A stretch of DNA of 64,000 nt from Azolla caroliniana (lineage: Eukaryota; Plantae; Polypodiophyta): the NCBI GenBank assembly GCA_043228905.1, contig JBHGNT010000017.1, positions 8,432,001 through 8,496,000 on the forward strand. Direction: 5' to 3'. How positions within the stretch are numbered: the stretch's first letter is position 1; each line of letters opens with the position of its first letter. The notes under the pieces were generated by a model. It was not told where the DNA came from, ran no database searches, and saw only the letters and a list, made by a program, of their open reading frames with translations. This document shows positions 1 through 11,300 of this stretch, in pieces. Position numbers and translations under genes: made by a program.

Positions 1-120
1 CTATTAAACTCTATCGATGTGCATTCAAGGAGACCATACTTCAGAAGTATCAATACAACCCAAACTTATTATAATATACATATTAGTTTATTACAAGCAC
101 ACATATTTATCAGTATACAT

Positions 121-550
121 ACATAGTAGTCTCCCAATGTATCTCAGTTAGACGGATATATATGTCTTAGTTTAGTACTAATATGAATGTCAAATGTTCA
201 CTAATACATAGTTACAGTCTCCCAACGTATCTCGGTTAGACAGATATATACATGTCAGTTTAGTACTAATATGAATGTCAAATGTTCACTAACACATAGT
301 AATCTCCCAAAGTATCTCTGTTAGACGGATGTATATATCTCAATTTAGTACTAATATGAATGTCAAATGTTCACTAATACATAGTAGTCTCCCATAGTAT
401 CTCAATTAGACGGATATATATATCTCACTTTAGTATTAATATGAATGTCAAATGTTCACTAATGCATAGTAGTCCCCCATAGTATTTCAGTTAGACGGAT
501 ATATATATCTCAGTTTAGTATTAATATGAATGTGAAATGTTCACTAATAC
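121..550. repeat. Tandem array of five ~85-bp units
   Basis: The unit acatagtagtctccca...ttagacggatata...aatatgaatgtcaaatgttcactaat starts at 121, 206, 294, 379 and 464 (period 85-88 bp). Confidence 0.95.
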
Positions 551-822
551 ACAGACGGAGGTAGTATTTGATTTGAAATCAACACAATCATGGTTGCACG
601 ACAATTGACAATTGTCAACATTCTCATTCTCTACAATTACCAATATAGCATTTCACATTACATTAACAACCCTAGATGAGTGAACTGGAGTCAATACAAC
701 ATTTCACATTAGCAATTTAGATAGTAGTTTGGTATTACAAATTGTTCAAGTACAGACATCACTAACAGTTCAACCGTAGTTCAAGTACAAACTTCTCAAT
801 AGAAAGACAATCAGGCACCATT

Positions 823-2250
823 TCACAATTTCGCCGATCTTGTAATGCGCTTGTTATTGGTGCCAATCGTCTGTGATTTTACACTCATCTTCATCTTAAA
901 TCCTTTAGGTATCAACTTACTAAGTGGCACTTCATCATCAAAGGCATTAGAGACAGGGGTGGATGTATGGGCACCTTGGACCGGCGGCAAGCTTGAGAGA
1001 GCAATTGTGTTTTCTACAACTGCAATGCTTGTACACACATCCACAAAGGTGTTGTTGATAGTTAAATTATCACTCATCTTGTTCTCCAAATGTTGTTGCT
1101 CTTGCGTGTGGGTTGTAGTAGTACTCATGGTCAACTTCTGGCTGGTGATAGTCACCTCATTCTTAAGACCGCCGTGCTCCCCTTTCTGGGTGGTCTTTAT
1201 TGCCCTGTACTCATGGGTGATGCTAGTATTCTCGTTCTTAGTACAATCAGGCTCCTGTTTTTGGGCTATAGCAGTACTCATGGTCAACTACTCCTGGATG
1301 GTGATAGTAACCTCATTCTTAAGAACATCGTGCTCCCCTTCTTGGGTGGTCTTTATTGCCCGGTCCTCATGGGTGATGCTAGTATGCTCGTTCTCAGTAC
1401 AATTAGGCTCCTCGTCAATACTAGTGATATTCTTTCCACACTCCCCCTAGGCTTCTTTAGAAAAATGGTTGTTTGTACATGCATGTTCCTCTTCAAATAT
1501 GAATGCTTCCTTCTTTTCACAGTCCTCATGTGTGGAAGCGGTGCTTCCAGAGTATGCCTATATGCAAAGAATAATCCCAGAATCTGATTCTTCACTTGTG
1601 CTCCATATAGTTCCTGATTCATTTGATTGCCATTGGGAATCTACCTGCTCTTGTAAACCTAAATAATGGGATCCCAGAGAATATCAGTATCAACTCACAT
1701 ACTCACAAGTTTGCAAACATACCAGTAACTATAAACATATGAGGTTAATAACCACACTTTTACCTACTGTTACATCGTCATATTGTACAACCGTAGACAA
1801 CCCATTGCAAGTGGTAGGGTTAGTCATCTTCTCCACAACATTCATCAGATTTAGGGATGGTGCCAATCACAGGTTGGGGTTCATCATCAATAGAAGCTTT
1901 CATAATAGTATCTATAGAATGCACCAAAAGCACCACTATAATAGGGTTGTTATGATCTAAATAATTGTTTTCTTAGAGGGCTTTTGACGTGTACCTGGGA
2001 GCATGATGAATTCATCTTCATGATCATGCTTTGGACTCGTATCTCTCCTAAGATCATTTTGTCATTAGCTAGTAACACAAGTACATGGTATTAGTCAATG
2101 CATTAGGTTCACAACTCTCTAGACAAGTGAGAATATATATGGCTCACAATTGCATTAAACTCTGCCTTTCTTGCCCTTTCCATACAACTTCCTTGCAACA
2201 TTCCTCTTCTTAGTGGGCTCTTTCTTAAAGACATATGGCTGTTGTCCACC
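823..2250 (-). pseudogene. Degenerate, probably multi-exon low-complexity coding remnant of unknown family (possibly TE-associated)
   Basis: The ORF 823-1287(-) continues upstream past in-frame TAG stops (e.g. 1288-1290, where the repeat copy has AAG). There is an acceptor-like ttatttag near 1660 and further Lys-rich reading near 2160-2250. It is cut by an LTR at ~2256 and no domain is recognised. Confidence 0.3.
1121..1410. repeat. In-frame 153-bp (51-codon) tandem duplication
   Basis: gtactcatggtcaac occurs at 1121 and 1274. On the - strand both copies translate as variants of EPxCTxNExTSITHExRAIKTTQxGEH. Confidence 0.85.
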
Positions 2251-2255
2251 CTAGT

Positions 2256-3306
2256 GAGAAACGAGGTGAAGATTAAAGGCGGACTAGTGGATAAGCATAT
2301 TTTGTAATGATGGAAGCGTTAGAAAGCATAAGTGCATGTAACGGTTCACGCACTAAGCGTAACCGTCTATGCCCTGCATATATAAAGGGCATAAGAACAT
2401 TGTAAAGAGCTAGCGTAATTTTGGGAGTATAATCCATCTAATATAATCGTGCTGTCTTTTCTGAACTCTGTGTCGAGTATTATCTGAACTCTGTGTTGAT
2501 AGGGAAGTGTATCTATTCTTAGGGTAAGTGGTGTATTTGTGTAAACCACAACATACGTAAGAAGGCGTTCGGTTGTAGAGAGTCTCCTATTAACGCCTTA
2601 CCCTTGTGGTCACTCAGTAATGCACTACCCATTCCAGTGGGTTAAGGCTAGATGTACTACGCTATCCATTCTCTCTACCACGATCTTCTTGAGCCGTACC
2701 CCGAAGGACGGAGGGTAGGCCATGTTCCTAATTGGTAACACTTTTGGCACGCCTGGTGGTCTATAATTCTCACAATTGAGAATCAGGGAATGGATGTCTG
2801 GCCGCCGACGCAACCGAGAACCAACACGACAAGATCGACTGCAGACCCGAAAACCTCACATAGCGTCGGCAGTACTCTCCCAAGCGATAGCCTATCAACC
2901 GGAATGACATTCTCATACCTTCGATTCAACGGAGATACGAACGCCGAGAGCCACGCTTGGTCGTTCCTCAATGTTTAGAACGCGAACCATATGTCACAGC
3001 GACTTCCGGAAATGGAAGCCCACGCATCAAATATCACAGAGTTTGGGTTAACCCTGGATGGGCGAGCTGCCCGCTAGCATTCCCAGCTCGACCTCACGTC
3101 GTTCTTCTCCTTCAACCAACTCTAATCGTCGTTTTTACGCTTCTTTCATCGAAGCATTCCCCAACGCGAGATCATCGGCCAGTTTTATACGATCAAACAG
3201 CTGCCGCAAGAGTCCGTGGCTGACTTCAACTTGCGGTTCCCGAGTTTACGACGACAACTAGCACGAGCTCCGACGGAGGACAAGGCAAAAGAAATTTTTT
3301 TGGCCT
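2256..3306 (+). mobile_element. 5' fragment of a Tat/Ogre-like Gypsy LTR retrotransposon (LTR, tRNA-Arg PBS, degenerate gag)
   Basis: Putative LTR TG..AACA at ~2256-2740 with TATATAAA. The PBS TGGCACGCCTGGTGG (2745-2759) is complementary to the plant tRNA-Arg 3' end. Retrotrans_gag-like QFYTIKQLPQESVADFNLRF follows, with stops. Confidence 0.7.
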
Positions 3307-3761
3307 TCATCTTCATATTGAATAGTTGTCGGATCAATATGAGTCTTGATGAAAACGATGCCTGCAAGTTCTCCCACAAGGTAAATGTCGATGTCTCTTT
3401 GGCCATGCTGAAGACATTTTTGACCAGGTGCATCCGAATGGTCGATCTAGCGATTTCGTCTAGGGAGTGTCATTCATTCACTATCATCGAATCTGACTTG
3501 GTTGTATGTCGTATTGCTTCTATCTGACGTTGGATGATGAGAACATCCTGCATCATCTCCTTCAATAGGGCATAATTTTGCCGTCAAATTTCTAAATTTT
3601 GCCATCAAATTTCTGGATGTTGAAGCCATTTTCTATGAGAAGTGAGAGATTTTCTAACTTGGTATTTTCTTTCAGCCAGTTCTTCTTTCCTTGTTGATGT
3701 TGTTGTTGCTGCCGAACTCGACCAACTCTGATACCAGTTGATGCGGAAGACTATGAGGAAC
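3307..3761 (-). mobile_element. Copia (Tnt1/Tork-like) gag 5' fragment with tRNA-Met PBS
   Basis: Reverse-complement PBS ctctgatacca at 3726-3736. The - strand reads gag-like IQKFDGK...ARSTIRMHL...LWENL...LILIRQLFNMKM. Confidence 0.75.
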
Positions 3762-4001
3762 TGTTGATGGGTCAGGCAAACAACACGAAAACAAGATAGA
3801 AGAAGATTAGTTCATTGTGTATCAAAAGAATGAACAAGAAGGTAGTTACACAAAGAGACACAGTTATGCTCAAGAGACTCAATGTTACATTAAGCTTTTG
3901 AACTCATGTTTACAAGAACAATTACTTACTTAAATAGTTAGGTCAATTTTGTTCACACTAAAGATACAAGGATTGGGCAAAGACAACCTTTTATTCCAAC
4001 A
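3762..4001. mobile_element. Solo-LTR-like segment without matching TSD
   Basis: Termini TGTTG...CAACA enclose 240 bp, but the flanks ggaac and aaata do not match. Confidence 0.45.
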
Positions 4002-4135
4002 AAATATACATCAAATTTCTATAGTAAAACCTAAATGAAAATAATATCCTTCGTATTACAACATATAGTCTAATGGTTAAGAGCTCGACCTATGTAACAT
4101 AAGGTCATGGGTTCGAGTCTTGCCATATCATGACA
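4002..4135 (-). mobile_element. Terminal fragment of an LTR related to the Tcn1-like element at 23714-29467
   Basis: Aligns by eye to 24081-24213 and ends identically in gggttcgagtcttgccatatcatgaca. Confidence 0.85.
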
Positions 4136-5612
4136 ATGGATGACCTGGACCATAATGGAGAGAGTCTAAAGCATGTTAGCACATGCCAAGTTACCCAAGA
4201 TGTTTTGGGCTGAGCTAACGACGACGACCTATGTGATAAATAGATCACCCTCAGTATCCTTGGACAGAGACTCACCGCAGAAAGTATGGACCAGTAAGGA
4301 CGTGTCTTACCGGCATCTGAAGGTGTTCGAGTGTCTCGCTTATGTGCATGTGGCAAAGGACAAGATAGCAAAGTTGGATCCGAAGTCCCGACCATGCATA
4401 TTCCTTGGATACGACGATGATGAGTTAGGTTACCGGGTGTGGGATCCGGTCGACAAGAAGGTGTTCCGGAGTCGAGACATAGTCTTCATGGAAGATAGGA
4501 CCATTTCCGACTAGGAGTTGGAGAAGAAGATGATGAACTCCGGATCATCCAATGAAAACCGGTTTGAGGACACAAGGACTTACTCGGTTAAAAACCGGAT
4601 GTTAGCCGGTAACTGGATGACATTCGATGAACCGGCCGGATACGGACAAGAAACCGAACCGACTATAGAAGAAGAAGGAGGAGACACCGGAACTGGACAA
4701 GATCCCGAATCGGATTTGGATTTGGATTCGGAACAAACCGAGGAACCGGTAGTTAGAAACCAAGGACGGAGATACCCTCTCCGAGAGAGAAGAGTCCCCC
4801 AGAGATTTCCAGATATAGAGCATGTATTGCTAACCGATGAGGGGGAGCCGGAAAGCTTCGAAGAAGCAAAGAGAGACACCCACAACCGCAAGTGGTTGAG
4901 TGCCATGCAGGATGAGATGGATTCCCTACATGAGAACCACACATATGAACTGACGGAGTTGCCAAAAGGGAAGAGAGCACTCTGGAACAAGTGGGTGTAC
5001 AAGTTGAAACTGGGAGATGCCGGAAATCCACCGAGGTATAAGGCCCGAATCATGGTGAAGGGGCTTCCAGTAGAAAAAGGGAGTGGACTTCGATGAGATC
5101 TTTGCCCCGGTAGTTAAGATGACTTCCATCCGGATGGTGATGATCATAGCGGCAAGCATGGACCTCGAGGTAGAGCAACTGGACGTCAAGACGACATTCC
5201 TACATGGTGACCTTGAAGAAGAGATCTACATGCATCAACCGGAAGGATTTGAGAAGAAAGGGTAGGAGCACCTGGTGTGCCGGCTGAAGAAGAGCTTATA
5301 TAGACTCAAGCAAGCTCCCTGGCATTGGTACCGGAAGTTCGACTCCTTCATGACCGATCAAGGGTACCACAAGACGCAAGGCGATCACTACGTGTTTGTG
5401 AGGAAATTTGACGGAGGAGATTTCCTGATACTCCTATATGTGGATGATATGCTGATCGTCGAACGAGACCAATGCAAGATTCGCATGCTGAAGAAGGCTT
5501 TGAACCAGACCTTCTCAATGAAAGACTTTGCTCCAACAAGACAAATATTGGGAATGCACATCATTTGGGACTAGTCGAAGAAGCTGTTGTGGTTGTCACA
5601 GGAGAAGTACGT
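4136..5612 (+). mobile_element. Degenerate Copia internal fragment (integrase C-terminus and RT)
   Basis: Motifs LPKMFWAE, KLDPKSRPCIFLGY, WLSAMQDEMDSL, QLDVKTTFLHGDL and LYVDDML, with stops and frameshifts. Cut by an LTR at 5613. Confidence 0.9.
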
Positions 5613-7250
5613 TGTCGCGGAATTCCGTGGGTACGTGTAGCAGAGGGGCATGACCACGGGGGTCTCGGACGAGGAAGTGATGGGGGATCGGAACCCGACT
5701 TCTCTCCAGTCCCGGCTGCACTAATTGTGGCGCGAACCGGAGCGATCCCGGATGCGTACCAGTGGCTACCAAATACGAGAGAGGAAGAGAGAGAGAAAGC
5801 ACGCACACAACACCGACACAACACACACCTCTTATATAAAGGAAACACAGGGAAGGGAATGCACCCGACACCAACAGAGACACAAACATGCACAACCCTG
5901 TATATATATAATTACAAGAGTGAGTTACAACTCCGGCTCCGAGCCGGACTGAGGTAAGCTAGGTCACAACAGTAGTCTGCCGCCAAGCCGTCGTCGGGGG
6001 AGCTCTTGGGCTCGTCGCGCCGAGCGGGGTCTTGCACAAGAGGCTGAGCAGAAGTAAGGCCCCTCACAGAATATACAAGCTCTTCACTGGGCTAAAACCC
6101 TAAACAAACACGAAGGGGGGAAGAAGAAGAAGAAGATGAAGATCAACGGAATACTAAACCTAACGGTATACCCTCCAAACTCAAAATGGGCAACCCCTCT
6201 ACAAGGGGCCATCCCTTCCTTTTATAGAACAAGGAGAGAGATGCGTTACAATGTGGGATAAATCCCGATTTACATGAGATCCTCTGTCGCTACTTAACTC
6301 CTATTATTCACACGTTTTACAAGGGTAAGTGCACATGGTGCACACCACCGATTCTCCTGATATTCTTCGATTTCACCTAGGGACGATTTTCTCAAGGACA
6401 TCCGCCCCCACCTAACCGCGCATCCACCGGTATGCGCCAAAATAGACTCTTGCCGGAGAAGACCGGCCTGCACTTACCCTTCGTCCTCCGGATCACCAAT
6501 CGCTCCGAATCGGTCGTCCTCGCTATGCATGTTGCCTGGATCCGGTTCATCCTCGTGCTGCTTGCCTCTCCGTAGGCTCATTCGTCCCGCCAATAGGTCG
6601 TTCGCTGCGACCCCATAGTATGCGTGCCTCATTGCTGGCCCTTTGCTCGGCCGTATGCACGCTCCGCTATCCGCGTACTGGTGTCCTCCGCGTCCGAGGA
6701 ACACCCCGTGGTAGCCCGCTTGGCCACATTCGTCTCGCGCTCTTGCTACCGGTTTGGAGCCTTCCACTCGCCGTCGTCCCCTCGCCCCCACCAGCTTGTT
6801 GTCTCGGGTCTGGTACGCTACGTCCGTCGTTGCCACTCCTTCTGAGCCACCGAGATCTCCGAAGCGGGTGTGGAGGATCCTCCTTCGGACCTCGATCTTG
6901 TTTCCGATCTCCATCCCGCGTAGTCCGTCTACGCGCGTGCGTGTTTTCGTTCCCGGCACCGCCGTGTGCCGTCTTCCGCCCTCCTTGTCTGACACTGTCT
7001 GTACTGAACACTATCCCGTACCCGTACTTACTTTGGCCCTCGATGGCCACACACACGTCTTCTGTTCCGCTTTTGGGTGTGCCCCCTTTCAGGCTCGACA
7101 CACCGCTCCTTAACTGGGTGTCCCTGGCAGCTCACCGGAAGATCACCCTTGCCGCCTCCTGGCCCGCACAACCTCCTTCTTTCTCGTAACACCTTGGTTG
7201 GTCGGTGACTCTGCCGTCGCCGCCTTTGTCCCCTTGCCGCCACCTTCCAT
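5613..7250 (-). mobile_element. Gypsy family-A relative: 3' LTR (5613-6400), PPT and rearranged internal remnant
   Basis: LTR TGTCGC...GGACA followed by the reverse-complement PPT tccgcccccc. The ORF ends in HEDEPDP...GDPEDEG, matching the integrase tail at 9705-10067. Confidence 0.8.
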
Positions 7251-7640
7251 TACCAAGGTTTGGAGATTGAGATCCTTCTAGTTGCTATGGATGCTCACAA
7301 ATGTGATCCATGATTCTAGCAAGGAACCCATTTGTATTTCACATTTTGATGTTTCATCAATAATGTTACCTACTGAGATTGTAACATCTAGTTATCTTTG
7401 CCAATTGCTTAGGAAGGTGTCTGTTGGTTCTCCTTCACGCATCTCCATGTTCATTAGGGTTTGATAGGAGAAGATTTTGGTTGTACCATCAGAGGGTTGG
7501 TGTAATTGTTGAAGATGATCCCACATTGCTCTTGTGGATCCTAGACTTTGAACATGATCAACTTATCGATCACTTAGATGCATAATTATCTCCATTATTA
7601 TATCTAGATCTCTACTTTCCCAACCTCGTACATACCTGTA
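7250..7640 (-). mobile_element. Degenerate Copia gag (UBN2-like) fragment
   Basis: The - strand reads KTLMNMEMREGEPTDTFL...GSLLESWITFV. Confidence 0.55.
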
Positions 7641-7672
7641 ACTTTAGTATAACCCATGTATATGCCCATTAT

Positions 7673-7873
7673 GGGGGAGTATCGAATACGAGTGTATAAT
7701 GGCCGTATTCACATTGTCCTTTTGACAGCCCAAGTTTGGGCTATTTCTGTAAATAGCATAAAGCGCAGTTGCCCTAAGATAGTCACTATATAAAGGGACT
7801 TTGTAACCTTTAGTTATGGTTGGTTGTTATTTTGTAACTGTTGCTATTGAGAAATATAACGCTTCTTTTGTGC

Positions 7874-7910
<37 letters not shown>

Positions 7911-7948
7911 TTTATTGCTCATTCGCATGCACAAGTTCTTCACCAACA
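7673..7948 (+). mobile_element. Possible PPT plus degenerate 3' LTR remnant
   Basis: A gggggag purine tract is followed by a TATATAAA- and (CT)n-containing segment ending CAACA. Confidence 0.35.
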
Positions 7949-8169
7949 CAAATGTTGTTTGCTCTTCCTCACTGACAGCCTTGTTCCCCAACACATTGTG
8001 ATACACACTTACACTGATTTATAGAATAAGGGAATGTCGACATCCATATTACTACAAGTATTTTAGGATGTGAAATGTTCAAATGTCTTATATGCATTTT
8101 AGCATGTAGAACTATATTGTACATCACAAAATTGTGTAAAATAGATGTTTTTTGTAATATTATAGATAT

Positions 8170-8372
8170 TTTTTAGAAAAGGTAAATAATTTTCAAATTC
8201 TAGAAGTATTTAACGTACTATACATAAAATACGTATTTTACGTATTTTATAAGTATTTAACATATTAAGAAAACGTATTTAACGTATTTTTAAATTGGGA
8301 GGTACTATACGGGTATTAATACGTTATATACGTATGGTATCCGTACCGTACCTAACGTACCTAACAAACTTG
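8170..8372. mobile_element. Possible end of a non-autonomous DNA transposon with subterminal repeats
   Basis: AT-rich segment with many acgtattt/cgtacc motifs, ending abruptly at a Gypsy RT fragment. Only one end is seen. Confidence 0.3.
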
Positions 8373-11300
8373 AAAGTGACCATTCAGAACACAGGAATCA
8401 GACCAACGATTGATCAGTTCGCGGAGGAGGCCTTCGCCGGAAGGTTGATCTATACAGTCAGTGACCTGTACTCGGGGTACGATGAGTTCCAACTAGCCAT
8501 GGAGAGCAGGGATATTACGACAATGCAGACTCCTCTCGGCTAGTGCGGATGTGTACCCTACCGCAAGGGGGGACCAACTCGGTGGCGCACATGGTGAATG
8601 CGATGAACAAAGTGCTGAGGAACTGCATCCTCAACATCACCGTGCCATTCTTGGACTACATCCTGATAAAAGGATGCCTGGTGGAAGATGAGGACGAATC
8701 AGTTGGGTTGGACGGTTGTGGGAGATTCGTAGTGAACCACATCGACGACTGCGAGAGGGTGCTACAGAGACTCGAGAGCACGTGACTCACCTTCTCCGGA
8801 GAGAAATCGGTTTTAGGCAGTCAGAGATCATGGTCATCAGTCACCTGTGCGGACCTTATGGCCGGAAACCATCCCCGGCAAAGGTAGAAGCCATCTCCGC
8901 AATGAAGGAAGACTGCAAGTCGGTTACGGAAGTCCGGAGGTTCTTGGGTGCAAGCGCGTTGTCGCATTGTTACGCACGTGTGTATAGAACGAGGTGGGAC
9001 CACAGGGGTCTTGGACCGAGGAATAACCGATTAGGAGTAGGAGCAAGAAAGACAGCGATCGTGCTTCCAAACACACACACACAGATACACAGAAACCACA
9101 ACCGAATGAAACAACGGAAACGAGACGAATGCGTATATGTATATATATATTCTGATGAAAAAGGGGTTACAACCGGCAGGCCAGTGAGCAACAAATCTCC
9201 TACGCCTACGCACACAAAAGAGCAAGATGGAGACTCTGCCGGAAGCACTCGGACGTTCCGCGGAGTAGAGTCAGTCTTCTGAAAACTTGCACAGAGCAAA
9301 TACAGAGAAAGACGGAGGACAAGAGCTCAGTCCCATTTCTGACAGCACTTCGTCCTCAATAAAAAGCGATCCCTTTTACGATTCCTCTCCCTCCCTTTTA
9401 TAGCCCAAGGAGGGAGGCTGTTACAACTTGTTACATCATCTTTATTCTCTATCCTTTCGGACAGAGATATGCTTCGATCTTCTACCTATCAAATCCGTGC
9501 GACCTAGGATATTCACATCAGCCGACTTGTACCTAAATATGTACATTACAACAAAACCTGTGCCCGCGTGTAAGAGCTGGTTCGCGCACATCATTCTCCG
9601 ATTCCACCTAGGGACGGTTTTCTCCACGACATCCGCCCCCACCTAATCGCGCATCCACCGGTATGCGCCAAAATAGATTCTTGCCGGAGAAGACCGGCCC
9701 GCGCTTACCCTTCGTCCTCTGGATCGCCATTTGCTCCGAACCGGTCGTCCTCGCTATCCAAGTCGTCCGGGTCCGGTTCATTCTCATGCCGCTTTTTGAA
9801 CACTTTGATCCTTTTCCCGGCCACTGGTACTGCCATCCTCATCCCGTCATGCTCCACGAGATGGTAGGTCCCGTTGTCATTGGCGCTTGTCACCATGTAA
9901 GGCCCGAACCACCTCCTTGTGAACTTCCGCATCGCCTTGTGCTGGTTGTCGAGGCTGCTGTCATATACCAAAACAGAACCCAGTCGCCTTCCTTGATTTT
10001 CTTCGGCCTTAGTCGGTGAGTCCGGTCGAATCGTCCCTTGTTCTTTACCCTCCGCGGCTCGTTCCACATCCTCCGGTCTTCGCTCGAGCTATTGGATCCA
10101 TGCCGCTAATAACTCCTCCCGGCTCATCTCATCTCTCCAGTCCACCGTGACCCATGAGGAGATCGTTTGCTCCATTGGCATGACCAGCTTCTGCCCGTAC
10201 ATCAACTCCGCCGGCATGAACCTGGTTACCGAACTGTGCGTAGTTCGGTTGGCCCACAATGCATAGGGTAAGAGCCGCGGCCAGTTTCCGACTTGGCCTC
10301 CACATGCCCGCACTAACGCTTTGACGATTGGCCCGTGTCCGTGTTCCACCTTCCCGTTCGCCTCCGGATTGTACGCCATGGTGAGCGAGAGTTTAACCCC
10401 TAGCCGGTCAAACAACTCTTCAGCCTCTTGTGCGTCCAGTTCTCCACGATCGGCTACGATCTTTCCTATGCACCCGTACCGTCATACCACTTCTTCGATT
10501 AGAAATCAGCACACGATCATGGTCGTTTTGTTCGGCAACGCTCGGCCTTCCACCTGGTTCGTCAGGTCCTCCCGAGCCAGCACCAGATATCGCATTTGCC
10601 CTACCCCCATCAACATCGTCAACAGATCCACCATCCACTTGAAGTGGACGGTCGGAGGGTAGGTCAGGTGGAGCTCGTCCCGATGTCGAACTATGGAGTG
10701 CATCTGATAGCTTTCGCAAGCCATCACAAACCAATGCACGTCCTTGTATAGTCTCGGCCACCAGTACTTCCCCTTTAGCTTCTCGAATGTGGCCCACGTC
10801 CTGCAGTGTCTGTCCCAGGGACTCTCGTGGTACGCCGTTAGCAATCCCACATGTTCCTCTTTCTTCGCCACAACCCAGAGCGGGATGTAGTTTCTCTTCT
10901 TCGGGTGCTTCCATATGCACCCATCCCGTAGGAAGAATTGGTACACTTTCTTCCGAATCCAGTTGGTCTCTTCCTTCATCCACGGCACGTCCGGTATCAT
11001 TGTCTTCAGGAACCCGCCGATTTGGAGCCACTACCCATCATACTTGCTCTCGTCGAACTTGTTAAGCACCAGAGTGCTCCCCTTCCTTGTTGTTACGTAA
11101 GCCGTCTCGAAGAAGTCCACGCCGACTTCTTCGTCCTCCGAAACCATGTCGTCCTCATCATCGAATCTCGCCCTCGAAAGCATGTCGGTCATGGCGTTGT
11201 CTTTTCCGGAAATGTGTCATATTTCCGGATTCAGGGACTTGATGTACGCTATCCACCTGAGCATTGCCAGGTCTAGTGTCGCGCATCCGGAAACCATACC

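Noticed and set aside
121-550. Regularly spaced repeats resembling a CRISPR array
   Set aside because: The units are contiguous with no unique spacers, there are no cas genes and the context is eukaryotic.
553-566. gacggaggtagta resembling a Stowaway TIR
   Set aside because: A single imperfect match with no partner TIR found.
845-1450. 201-aa hydrophobic ORF resembling a membrane protein
   Set aside because: It is the antisense shadow of the A/C-rich repeat ORF on the - strand.
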